From positions 6,950 through 70,949 of the forward strand of contig DASZZH010000038.1 of assembly GCA_035543335.1 (NCBI GenBank): 64,000 nt of DNA. The letters are read 5' to 3'. Positions within the stretch are counted from its first letter, which is position 1, and the number at the start of each line of letters is the position of its first letter. Source of the DNA: Burkholderiales bacterium. GTDB taxonomy: Bacteria; Pseudomonadota; Gammaproteobacteria; Burkholderiales; JAHFRG01. Of the stretch, positions 21,682 through 30,248 are shown piece by piece. Under the pieces are notes generated by a model. That model worked only from the letters and a program-made list of their open reading frames with translations. It searched no databases and had not been told where the DNA came from. Position numbers and translations under genes: made by a program.

Positions 21682-21954
21682 TTTCTTGAGCGCGATTATC
21701 TCCCGGAAATGGGTGAAACCAATCCGTTTCTGCACATGAGTATGCATCTCGCCATCGAGGAGCAGCTTTCAATAGACCAGCCGCACGGTATTCGCGGATT
21801 ATTTGAAAGGATATTCAACAAAACTGCAGACCGTCACGAAGCCTTACACACAGTCATGAATTGTCTGGGGTAAATGATTTGGCAGGCGCAGCGGAACAAC
21901 ACCGCGCCCAATGAAAGAACTTATCTCGAGTGTCTCGAAAAATACTCGGCGTGA
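21682..21954 (+). pseudogene. DUF1841 family remnant (5' truncated, internal stop)
   Basis: Hand translation FLERDYLPEMGETNPFLHMSMHLAIEEQLSIDQP...CLG*MIWQAQR...; TAA at 21871; no start codon for the missing N-terminus. Confidence 0.8.
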
Positions 21955-22001
21955 GCCACGGAGAATGACAAATCACCGTGGATAGTTTGCGTTGGTTTAT
22001 C

Positions 22002-22235
22002 TCCCCTGTGAGCCGCCGAGCAGTACAGCTAAGGCGCGGGGGCTGCCGCGACGCGGTCAGCACAGCTTGGGGTGCGGGAGCGACAGCAGTAGCGCCCCGT
22101 TTCACAGTGTCTCTTGCGGTAGCTTGCACCCCTCACCGCTCCACGCTGCGCGAGTCTGAGTCCGGGGCGCCTTCTTTTTGGTGACTTTTTCTTGGCCGAG
22201 CAAGAAAAAGTCACCAGCCGCCGGGCTGCCCCCGG
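22002..22235. repeat. Dispersed non-coding repeat, copy 1 (hairpin-ended family)
   Basis: Shares tcccctgtgagccgccgag and a ~59-bp 3' block containing a 15-bp perfect stem with 53033-53253. Confidence 0.85.
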
Positions 22236-22236
22236 T

Positions 22237-22270
22237 AATAAAAAAGGAGGCTCACGCCTCCTTTTTTATT
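22237..22270. terminator. Bidirectional intrinsic terminator downstream of the cytochrome c genes
   Basis: aataaaaaaggaggc-tcac-gcctccttttttatt. Confidence 0.85.
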
Positions 22271-22281
22271 GGCATTCAGAG

Positions 22282-22608
22282 TCAGTACTTCACAACCAAT
22301 CCACTCTGGCTGGAGAAATACGCCGCTAGGTCTTGCATGTCCTGTCTGGAAAGATTCGCCCCCATCGCCCCCATAATAGGATCCTTGCGGGCGCCGGATT
22401 TGTAATCGGAGAGCACCTTGACGATATAATCGGGCTGCTGACCGGCGATGCGCGGGAAGTCGGGCGTGGCGCTGTTGCCGTCCGCGCCGTGGCACGCCGC
22501 GCACGCAGCGGATTTCTGCTTGCCCGCAGCGGCGTCGCCACCGGCAAAAGAGTGGCCTGCCGCCAGTAATAATGCGCTTACAATTGCAACTGTAACTAGT
22601 TTATTCAT
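22282..22608 (-). CDS. Monoheme cytochrome c (c4/c553-like)
   Basis: Signal peptide, CAACH, PRIAGQ and a distal Met. Confidence 0.9.
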   Translation of the reverse strand: MNKLVTVAIVSALLLAAGHSFAGGDAAAGKQKSAACAACHGADGNSATPDFPRIAGQQPDYIVKVLSDYKSGARKDPIMGAMGANLSRQDMQDLAAYFSSQSGLVVKY

Positions 22609-22635
22609 TCTATTTTCCCCGTATCCCTGATTATC

Positions 22636-22962
22636 TTATTTGCCGCCGCCCGAATAATAAGCCGCCAAATCGGCCATGTCCTGGTCGGTCAGGCTGGCGG
22701 CAATCGCCTTCATCGTCGGATGGTTGCGTGCGCCGGACTTGTAGGCTTGCAGCGCCTTGACGATATAAGCGGCATGCTGACCGCCGAGCTTGGGCACGCT
22801 GTACACTTCGGGGTAGACGGTGCGCCAGCCGTCTATACCGTGGCAGCCCGCGCACATCGAGTTTTTCTTTTGCCCTTGCGCCGGGTCGCCCGCCGCGTGC
22901 GCCGAAACGGGAGTCGCGACAATCATGGCGGCGCAAAGGATGAATAAGCTGGTTTTTTTCAT
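22636..22962 (-). CDS. Monoheme cytochrome c (c4/c553-like)
   Basis: Signal peptide, CAGCH, VPKLGGQ and a distal Met. Confidence 0.9.
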   Translation of the reverse strand: MKKTSLFILCAAMIVATPVSAHAAGDPAQGQKKNSMCAGCHGIDGWRTVYPEVYSVPKLGGQHAAYIVKALQAYKSGARNHPTMKAIAASLTDQDMADLAAYYSGGGK

Positions 22963-23240
22963 GTCTTATTAGCTCTTGAAAGGAACAAATCGGATGCGGA
23001 ACTTTAAAGGATACTTGGATTAAGGTCAATGGTTCTTGGCAAGCGCAGGCATCCAGATCCAGCCCCCGCCCGTATCATGCATTGAACGGCCCGGACCAGG
23101 CCGCTGTCTTAGGGGGAACCCGACGGATTTGCAGCTTAAGCCGGACCGTTCCACAGTAAGTTGACATTGCCCCTTTACAAGGAGCTTTACGGCCTCGGTT
23201 AGTCTTTCCGAGGCCGCTTTTTCCAGGGTGGTCCAAGAAC

Positions 23241-24998
23241 ATGCGCTACGTTCTCGGTTTGCTGAGTTTTCTCTTTGCGCTTTGCGCGCAGGCCGCGCAA
23301 CCCGGCCTCATCCAGTGGCAGCCCTGGTCGGACGGCTTGTTCGAACAAGCCAAGCGCGAAAACAAGTTTATTCTGCTCGATCTGGAAGCGGTGTGGTGCC
23401 ACTGGTGCCACGTCATGGATCGGGAAACCTATGGCAATCCGGAAGTCGCCAAACTGATTCGGGCCCAATACATCCCGGTGAAAGTGGATCAGGATGCCCG
23501 CCCCGATATCTCCAGGCGCTACGAAGATTACGGCTGGCCGGTGACCATCGTGTTTAACTCGGACGGCGGGGAAATCGTCAAGCGCTCCGGTTACCTTCCG
23601 CCGCGAAACATGCTCGCGATGCTCAAGGAAATCATTGACGATCCCCGCCCGGTCATCTATCCCGATGTCCGTATTCTGAACGTCAGCGATTTCTCCAACC
23701 AGACGCTTCTTGATGACAAGTTGCGCAGCGAACTAAAGCAGCGCTTCTTTCTGTCCCACGATTACCAGGTCGGCGGACTCGAACAGCAGCAGAAGTTCAT
23801 GGACCGCGACAGCGTCGAATACGCGATGCTGCTCGCCAAAAAAGGCGACGCAAAGGCCGTAACCATGGCGCGTCAAACCTTGAACGGAGCACTTAATCTG
23901 ATCGACCCGGTCTGGGGCGGCGCGTACCAGTATTCGACGGATCGCGACTGGAAGCATCCGCATTTCGAGAAAATCATGCAGGTGCAGGCTGAATATATGC
24001 GAGCGTATTCGCTGGCGTATCTGCATTTTCGCGACCCTCGCTATCTCAGGGCGGGCGAGGATATTTACCGTTACCTCAAGAATTTTCTGACCAGTCCGGA
24101 AGGCGCTTTTTACACCAGCCAGGACGCCGATCTCGTCAAGGGCGAGCACGGCGGCGAATACTTTGCGCTCGACGACACGGGACGGCGCAAACTCGGCCTG
24201 CCGGCGATCGACAAGCACCGTTATGCGCGCGAGAACGGCTGGGCGATTAACGGGCTGGCACACCTTTATGCCGCTTCCGGCGACAAGCAATATCTAGCCC
24301 ACGCCATCAAGACGGCGAACTGGATAATTCAAAACCGCTCGCTGCCCAATGGCGGTTTCCGCCACGATGAAGTGGATAGCGCCGGCCCTTATCTCGAAGA
24401 CACGCTGGCCATGGGACGGGCGTTCATCAGTCTCTACACCGTCACTGCCGACCGGCAGTGGTTGCAGCACGCGGAACAAGCCGCCGATTTTATTGACAAA
24501 AATTTCAAGATCCAAGCAGGCTTTGCGACCAGCGCCGCGAAAGGCGTGTTGAAACCGCGCCCGACCATCGAGGAAAATATTTTCACCGTGCGCTTTGCCA
24601 ATCTGGTTTACCAATACTCCGGCCGCGAACCACACCGCAAACTGGCCGAGCACGCGATGCGCTTGCTCGCCACCGAAGCTATCGCTCTTTACCGCCGCAC
24701 CGAAGCCGGTATCCTGCTCGCCGACAACGAGCTGGCCAACGAGCCTTCGCACATCACCGTGGTCGGCCACAAGGACGATCCGCAAGCGCAAGCCTTGTAC
24801 CGCTCCGCGCTCACCTACCCTTCGGTGTACCGGCGCATTGAATGGTGGGACACGCGCGAAGGCAAAATGCCCAATCCCGATGTCAAATATCCGGAGCTGC
24901 CGACTGCCGCAGCTTTCGTGTGCAGCAACAAACGCTGTTCGCTGCCGCTGTTCAAACCCGAGGAAATTGCGCTTGCAGCCGATCGCTTGAACCAATAA
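23241..24998 (+). CDS. Thioredoxin-domain protein, YyaL/SSP411 (DUF255) family, with signal peptide
   Basis: WCHWCHVMDRE, GWP, PHFEK and SQDAD motifs. Confidence 0.85.
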   Translation: MRYVLGLLSFLFALCAQAAQPGLIQWQPWSDGLFEQAKRENKFILLDLEAVWCHWCHVMDRETYGNPEVAKLIRAQYIPVKVDQDARPDISRRYEDYGWPVTIVFNSDGGEIVKRSGYLPPRNMLAMLKEIIDDPRPVIYPDVRILNVSDFSNQTLLDDKLRSELKQRFFLSHDYQVGGLEQQQKFMDRDSVEYAMLLAKKGDAKAVTMARQTLNGALNLIDPVWGGAYQYSTDRDWKHPHFEKIMQVQAEYMRAYSLAYLHFRDPRYLRAGEDIYRYLKNFLTSPEGAFYTSQDADLVKGEHGGEYFALDDTGRRKLGLPAIDKHRYARENGWAINGLAHLYAASGDKQYLAHAIKTANWIIQNRSLPNGGFRHDEVDSAGPYLEDTLAMGRAFISLYTVTADRQWLQHAEQAADFIDKNFKIQAGFATSAAKGVLKPRPTIEENIFTVRFANLVYQYSGREPHRKLAEHAMRLLATEAIALYRRTEAGILLADNELANEPSHITVVGHKDDPQAQALYRSALTYPSVYRRIEWWDTREGKMPNPDVKYPELPTAAAFVCSNKRCSLPLFKPEEIALAADRLNQ

Positions 24999-25060
24999 GT
25001 CGCACTGTTCAGGCCACCCCTTAATGCCTATAATCCCTCAACGGAAACGCAGGGAGCACC

Positions 25061-25606
25061 ATGGGCCACCGGCTGACCAAAATCTACACGCGCACCGGCG
25101 ACAACGGCACCACGGGGCTCGGTGACGGTTCGCGCACCCCGAAAGACAGCCCGCGCATTGAAGCCATCGGCGAAATCGATGAACTCAATTCCTGCATCGG
25201 CGTACTGCTCGCCGAAAACCTTCCGCCGCATATACACGCCTGCCTGACCGATATCCAGCACGACCTGTTCGACCTCGGTGGCGAGCTGTGCCTGCCGGGG
25301 CATTCCAGTCTCACGCCAAAGCAGGTTGAGCGGCTGGAAAACACGCTGGATGCCCTCAACGCCGATTTGCCCCCGCTCGAGGAATTCATTCTGCCCGGGG
25401 GCTCGCGCGCCGCGAGCCTTACGCATCTCGCGCGCACCGTGTGCCGCCGCGCCGAGCGCCGCCTGGTAAGGCTCGCCGGCTCCGAGAAAGTCTCAACGGC
25501 AAGCCGCCACTATCTCAATCGCTTGTCCGACCTGTTGTTTGTGATGGGACGGGTGCTGAACCGCAAACACGGGGACGTACTCTGGCAACAGGGAAAGAAT
25601 AAATGA
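25061..25606 (+). CDS. PduO-type cob(I)alamin adenosyltransferase
   Basis: KIYTRTGDNGTT, RTVCRRAER and YLNRLSDLLF motifs. Confidence 0.93.
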   Translation: MGHRLTKIYTRTGDNGTTGLGDGSRTPKDSPRIEAIGEIDELNSCIGVLLAENLPPHIHACLTDIQHDLFDLGGELCLPGHSSLTPKQVERLENTLDALNADLPPLEEFILPGGSRAASLTHLARTVCRRAERRLVRLAGSEKVSTASRHYLNRLSDLLFVMGRVLNRKHGDVLWQQGKNK

Positions 25607-25642
25607 CGGAGGCCCGCCATTAGGCCCAAACCTCAGCCGGAA

Positions 25643-26176
25643 GTGCTGAGCCGGCTGCTTGCGCAATGCGCGCTGGGCGACCCGGCGGCTTTCGCCGATC
25701 TGTACCGCCAGACCTCGGCGAAACTGTTTGGCGTCGCACTGCGTATATTGAAACGGAAGGACTGGGCGGAAGAAGTTCTGCAAGACAGCTTCGTGAACAT
25801 CTGGAAGCATGCCGCCGAATACACAGCCCGCAAGAGCGCGCCAATGACGTGGATGACCAGCGTCGTGCGCAACCGTGCGCTGGATTTGCTGCGCCGTCCC
25901 GGCCTGGAAATCGCGCAAGCAGACAACTCGTTGATCGAAGATTTTGAGGACGGTGCGCGAGGCCCGGTGGAGCTGCTGCTGCAATCGAATGCAGCGGACG
26001 CGCTGGCACGCTGCATGCAGCAACTCGAAGCGCGGCAGCGGCAGAGCATCATGCTCGCGTTTTATCACGGCTTGACTCACGCCGAACTGGCGAAGCATTT
26101 GCGTCAGCCCTTGGGCACGGTGAAAACCTGGATTCGGCGCGGTCTGGAACGGCTTAAGAGGTGCTTTTCAGCATGA
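25643..26176 (+). CDS. ECF RNA polymerase sigma factor (5' end possibly frameshifted)
   Basis: AEEVLQDSFVNIW, WMTSVVRNRALD and PLGTVKTWIRRGL motifs. Confidence 0.88.
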   Translation: MLSRLLAQCALGDPAAFADLYRQTSAKLFGVALRILKRKDWAEEVLQDSFVNIWKHAAEYTARKSAPMTWMTSVVRNRALDLLRRPGLEIAQADNSLIEDFEDGARGPVELLLQSNAADALARCMQQLEARQRQSIMLAFYHGLTHAELAKHLRQPLGTVKTWIRRGLERLKRCFSA

Positions 26177-26862
26177 ATTACACGAACCCTGAATTGCGCG
26201 AAAAACTCGCTGCGGAATATGCGCTTGGCACCCTGCGCGGCGCGGCGCGTGCGCGCTTTACCCGGTTGATGAAATACGATCCGGCGCTGCGCCGCACCGT
26301 CGTCGAATGGGAAAACCGCATTTACCCGATACTGGAAGCCGCGCCTGAAATCGCCCCGCCGGCGCGGGTGTGGAACGCCATCAAGGCGCGGATCGCAGGA
26401 AACGCCGGAGCGCCTGTTAACCTGGGCTTTTGGCGCACACTGGGTCTTTTCAGCTCGGGTTTGGCCGCGGTCCTTCTCATTTACCTGAGCATCGCGTCGC
26501 GGCCGGAAACGCCGCCCGCCTACATGGCGTTGCTCAACGACCAGAAAACCCAGCAGCCGGTGCTGCTGGTGAGCACCAGGCGCAACTCGCCCGAGCTCAC
26601 CGTCAAAGCCCTCATCACGCAACCCATCGCAGCCGACAAGACGCTGGAGTTGTGGGCGCTGCCCGCCGAGCAAGGCACGGCGCCGAAATCACTCGGCCTG
26701 GTTGCGGCCTCCGGCGTCACCAGGCTCAAGCTGCAACAACCCGCCGATCAGCAACTCGGCAACGTGCCTGCGCTTGCCATCAGCCTCGAACCCAAGGGCG
26801 GATCGCCCACCGGATTGCCGACCGGGCCGGTGCTGTACGTAGGCAAGTGGCTGAGGCTGTAA
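26173..26862 (+). CDS. Anti-sigma factor, RskA family
   Basis: LAAEYALGTL, one TM helix, LELWALP and LAISLEPKGGSPTGLPTGPV; coupled to the ECF gene. Confidence 0.88.
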   Translation: MNYTNPELREKLAAEYALGTLRGAARARFTRLMKYDPALRRTVVEWENRIYPILEAAPEIAPPARVWNAIKARIAGNAGAPVNLGFWRTLGLFSSGLAAVLLIYLSIASRPETPPAYMALLNDQKTQQPVLLVSTRRNSPELTVKALITQPIAADKTLELWALPAEQGTAPKSLGLVAASGVTRLKLQQPADQQLGNVPALAISLEPKGGSPTGLPTGPVLYVGKWLRL

Positions 26863-26865
26863 GCT

Positions 26866-27744
26866 TCAGCGTTTCTCTTTTCGCACCGTATCCAGCCGCT
26901 CGCAAATTTCCCTCGCGCCTTCCAATATCCGCGGCGACTGGCGTTCAAGCCATTCCGGCGGGATGAAAAAAATGCGCTCTCTGCGTACGGCGCTTAACAT
27001 TTTGAATGGCTGCCATAGCTCGCCTTGCGATACGCCTGAAATAATGGCTTCCGGATCCTCGGCCAGCAAGCCTTCGATGGAAATTATCGGGGTCAGCGGG
27101 CGCACGTTGGCATAAACGTTCACGCCGCCGCACAGCTTCAGTACGTCGCTGATTATGTGCTCGCCGTTGATGGTCATCAGCGGCTGGTGCCAGATTTCAT
27201 AAAATACGGTGACCGGGCGCTTGCCGCTGAAGCGTTCTCTCAGGGACTCCAGCTGGTCTTCAAAATCCTTCGCCGCGATTTCCGCCGCCGCCCGGGTGCC
27301 GGCAAATTTTCCCAGCGTGCGCAACAATCGAGGTATGTCAGCAAGCTTGACCGGCTCCATGACGAACACCTTGAAGCCGAGTTTTTCCAGCCTGGCAAGC
27401 TCCCCCGCGTGGCTGCCGCTGCGCCAGCCGAGAATCAAATCAGGCTTAAGGAGCAGGATGCGTTCAATATCGATATGCGCCGCATTTCCAACCCGCGGGA
27501 TGCTATTCGCCGCTTCGGGATAATCGCTGTACTCGCTCGCTCCGACGAGTTTCGACCCCGCCCCCGCCGCATAAACCAGCTCGGTAATGAAAGGGGCGAG
27601 CGCGATAATCCGCTGCACCGGTTGATCAAGCACTACCGTCTCGCCGCGGTCATCCGTTACGTAGACTGGGGAAGCGAAAGCAGTTGGGAAGATGAGCGTA
27701 GAAAAAAATATCGCACAAACAGGGAAGGATAAAAAGAAATTCAA
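26866..27744 (-). CDS. btuF: Cobalamin-binding periplasmic protein, BtuF-like
   Basis: RIIALAPFITELVYAAG, YSDYP, KPDLIL and CGGVNV motifs. Confidence 0.8.
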   Translation of the reverse strand: MNFFLSFPVCAIFFSTLIFPTAFASPVYVTDDRGETVVLDQPVQRIIALAPFITELVYAAGAGSKLVGASEYSDYPEAANSIPRVGNAAHIDIERILLLKPDLILGWRSGSHAGELARLEKLGFKVFVMEPVKLADIPRLLRTLGKFAGTRAAAEIAAKDFEDQLESLRERFSGKRPVTVFYEIWHQPLMTINGEHIISDVLKLCGGVNVYANVRPLTPIISIEGLLAEDPEAIISGVSQGELWQPFKMLSAVRRERIFFIPPEWLERQSPRILEGAREICERLDTVRKEKR

Positions 27745-27772
27745 GCGAAAGACCGGAACACGAACAGGCTTA

Positions 27773-28297
27773 TCACTCCATGTGATCGAGAAGCTTATGG
27801 CTGGTCTGGCGCAGGCGTTGAGACAAGAGCGTGACCAGCTTGATCAGGATTTTTGCACCGAGGCTTGGTTGCTCAAGAATGATTTTCACCATGTCATCCC
27901 GGGTCAGCACGGCAAAGGTAGCGGTGTCCTTCGCGATACAGGTAGCAAAGCGCGGCTCTCCGTCTATCATCGACATTTCGCCCAGAGTCATTCCCGGCAG
28001 CACTGTAGTCATGTGCCGCTCGGTTCTGTGCTGGCCTGTCTTGAGAATATCCACCTGTCCCTGGATCAGCAGCAGCATGTAATCGCCAGGGTCTCCTTCG
28101 CGAATAATAACCTCTCCGGACTGGGCCCGGTACACCTGCATGAAACCCGCCAGCACCCTGACGTCTTCTTGGTCCAGTTCGGCGAAAAACGGCGAATGGC
28201 CGACCATCCCGAAGATCTGTTCCGCGACCACCGTCCCTTCCCCGAGATGTTCTAGCGTCGCAAGCCGGTTATGGTAAGAACCTGTTTCTTCCGCCAT
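27773..28297 (-). CDS. Standalone cyclic nucleotide-binding domain protein
   Basis: IIREGDPGD and GEMSMIDGEPRFAT motifs; no HTH seen. Confidence 0.85.
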   Translation of the reverse strand: MAEETGSYHNRLATLEHLGEGTVVAEQIFGMVGHSPFFAELDQEDVRVLAGFMQVYRAQSGEVIIREGDPGDYMLLLIQGQVDILKTGQHRTERHMTTVLPGMTLGEMSMIDGEPRFATCIAKDTATFAVLTRDDMVKIILEQPSLGAKILIKLVTLLSQRLRQTSHKLLDHME

Positions 28298-28348
28298 GAC
28301 TAACGCGCCTCTCTTCGCGTTTTGCCTATTTTACCAGCGCTCGCGCGC

Positions 28349-28504
28349 TCATGCTGTATTGCCTGAATACCCATTGAAAACCCGTGTAACGATGTAGCAC
28401 ACCAGCCGCAGGAATTTCACATAGCCGGTCGGCACGTCCGCAGGAAAATGAGCGCCCGGGCTGATTCTAGACAAGCCCGTCCAGTCATACAAGATATATT
28501 TCAA
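28349..28504 (-). pseudogene. Internally deleted PAP2 phosphatase remnant
   Basis: Hand translation LKYILYDWTGLSRISPGAHFPADVPTGY... (51 aa) has only the PAP2 C3 motif SRxxxGxHxxxD; C1 and C2 are absent. Confidence 0.6.
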
Positions 28505-28555
28505 CGCTGCAACCCCAATTCAATGTGTGAAAACCGGGCCCGCCACTCTCTCCTC

Positions 28556-29671
28556 TTAATTTGTATAACGCGCGGCGGCCGCCACTCGCTTTTGGTAGGC
28601 TTCCCTGGCGATTTGCACATCCTCGATAAACTGCGGCAATTCCTTAAGCAACAGCGCCTGCGGGCCGTCCACCAGCGCCCTGCTCGGGACCGGATGAAAA
28701 TCCACCAGAATCATGTTGGCGCCGGCAATTATGCCCTGCACCGCGACATGCATGAGCTCGAGAATGCCGTCAGGCGCGACGCTGCGCGAGCCCACCGAAT
28801 GCGACGGGTCGATGCATACCGGCATGCGCGTCAAGCGCTTCACCACCGGCACGTGTGAGAAGTCGACAAAATTGCGGTGCGGATCGCCCATGTTGGTCTT
28901 CATTCCGCGTAAACCAAACACCACCTTGCGGTTGCCTTCCGAAGCCAGATACTCGGCAGCATTGAGCGATTCGTCGAGCGTGATGCCGAAACCGCGCTTC
29001 AACAGCACGGGAAAATCCTGCTGGCGACCGACGCTTTTGAGCAACTCGAAGTTCTGGGTGTTGCGCGTACCGATTTGCAGCATGACGCCGGTCGGGTTCC
29101 CGGTCAGACGCAAAGCTTCGCGAATTTCGTCGACCTGCAAATCGTGGGTGATTTCCATGGCAATCACCCGGATGCCGTACTTGCCGGCAAGCTCGAACAC
29201 ATACGGCAGGCAATTCTTGCCGTGACCCTGGAACGAATACGGGCTGGTGCGCGGCTTGTATGCGCCCATGCGCGTGCATACCTGGCCATGCTCTTTCAGC
29301 GCTTTCATCATCATTTCCACGTGCTCGCGGGTATCCACGGCGCACAAGCCGGCGAAGATATGCAGCGTGTCCTGGCCGAAGCGCACGCTGTTGTAGTCAA
29401 ACCAAGTCGGACGCCGGTCGTCCTTGTGCCGGCCGAGTACGCGGTATTCCTCGGACACCCTCACCACACGCTCGACGCATGGCAGGTTCTTCATGTCCTC
29501 AACTTGCAGCGTACTGGTATTGCCGATGAGATAAACTTCGGTGAGCGCCCGTTCTTCTCCCTGCTCGCGGTGCACCTTGCACTTGATATTGGGAAGCGCC
29601 GCCAGATGTTCCAGCAGCTGCTTATATTCCGCGCTGTCGGTTTTTACGTTGTCGCTCAGGATAAGAATCAT
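28556..29671 (-). CDS. DAHP synthase, type I-beta
   Basis: AGLCAVD, YKPRTSPYSFQG, IGTRNTQNF, LLKRG and DPSH motifs. Confidence 0.9.
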   Translation of the reverse strand: MILILSDNVKTDSAEYKQLLEHLAALPNIKCKVHREQGEERALTEVYLIGNTSTLQVEDMKNLPCVERVVRVSEEYRVLGRHKDDRRPTWFDYNSVRFGQDTLHIFAGLCAVDTREHVEMMMKALKEHGQVCTRMGAYKPRTSPYSFQGHGKNCLPYVFELAGKYGIRVIAMEITHDLQVDEIREALRLTGNPTGVMLQIGTRNTQNFELLKSVGRQQDFPVLLKRGFGITLDESLNAAEYLASEGNRKVVFGLRGMKTNMGDPHRNFVDFSHVPVVKRLTRMPVCIDPSHSVGSRSVAPDGILELMHVAVQGIIAGANMILVDFHPVPSRALVDGPQALLLKELPQFIEDVQIAREAYQKRVAAAARYTN

Positions 29672-29841
29672 GTTTGAGCCGGTTGGGGTTCGGTGAAGGG
29701 TCCACCTGCCTCGAGGCAAACCTCTGTGGCGGCTAGAGTTAAGCGGGATATTTTAACGAATAAAGATATCGCGCGCATTCCGCGGTATGACTTGACTCCG
29801 GTCGGGTCAAACCCTTCGGGCCGGACAGCGGCGAGTAATTT

Positions 29842-30234
29842 TTATTTTCGAGTCTTGACGCTGCGGAACACCGGCCCCCACAGGGGATGGCCTGCTTCGG
29901 CCGGTTCAAGCTCGAAGTCGGGATCGATTTCCAGCGCTTTCTTGAACTCCTCCCGGCACGGACGCTCGCGGTGGTTGACGCAATAAGTGAAGGCCAGATA
30001 CTTGTGCGCCTTCACCTGGTCGGATTTTAACGACAACCCCTGCTCCAGCGCGCTGTGCAGGCTTTTTTGTGCCTTGTCGTAATTGCCGTCATCGTAACTC
30101 TTTACGCCATCTGACAAAGCCGACGCGCCCTTACCCTCAATCAATGTCACCGGATTGTATTCTTTCATCCCGGCGCAGCCAGTGCATAATACCAAGGCGG
30201 CAGCCCACGGCAGCCAGCTTCTCGGTTTAAGCAT
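29842..30234 (-). CDS. TPR-like lipoprotein, probably TssQ-like family
   Basis: Lipobox CTGC; AHKYLAFTYC...C..EF..AL..DPDFEL..AEAGHPLWGPVF. Confidence 0.7.
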   Translation of the reverse strand: MLKPRSWLPWAAALVLCTGCAGMKEYNPVTLIEGKGASALSDGVKSYDDGNYDKAQKSLHSALEQGLSLKSDQVKAHKYLAFTYCVNHRERPCREEFKKALEIDPDFELEPAEAGHPLWGPVFRSVKTRK

Positions 30235-30248
30235 GGTTCCCCTCCTTG

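Noticed and set aside
27745..27772. Cobalamin riboswitch upstream of btuF
   Set aside because: The intergenic gap is too short and no B12-box motif is visible
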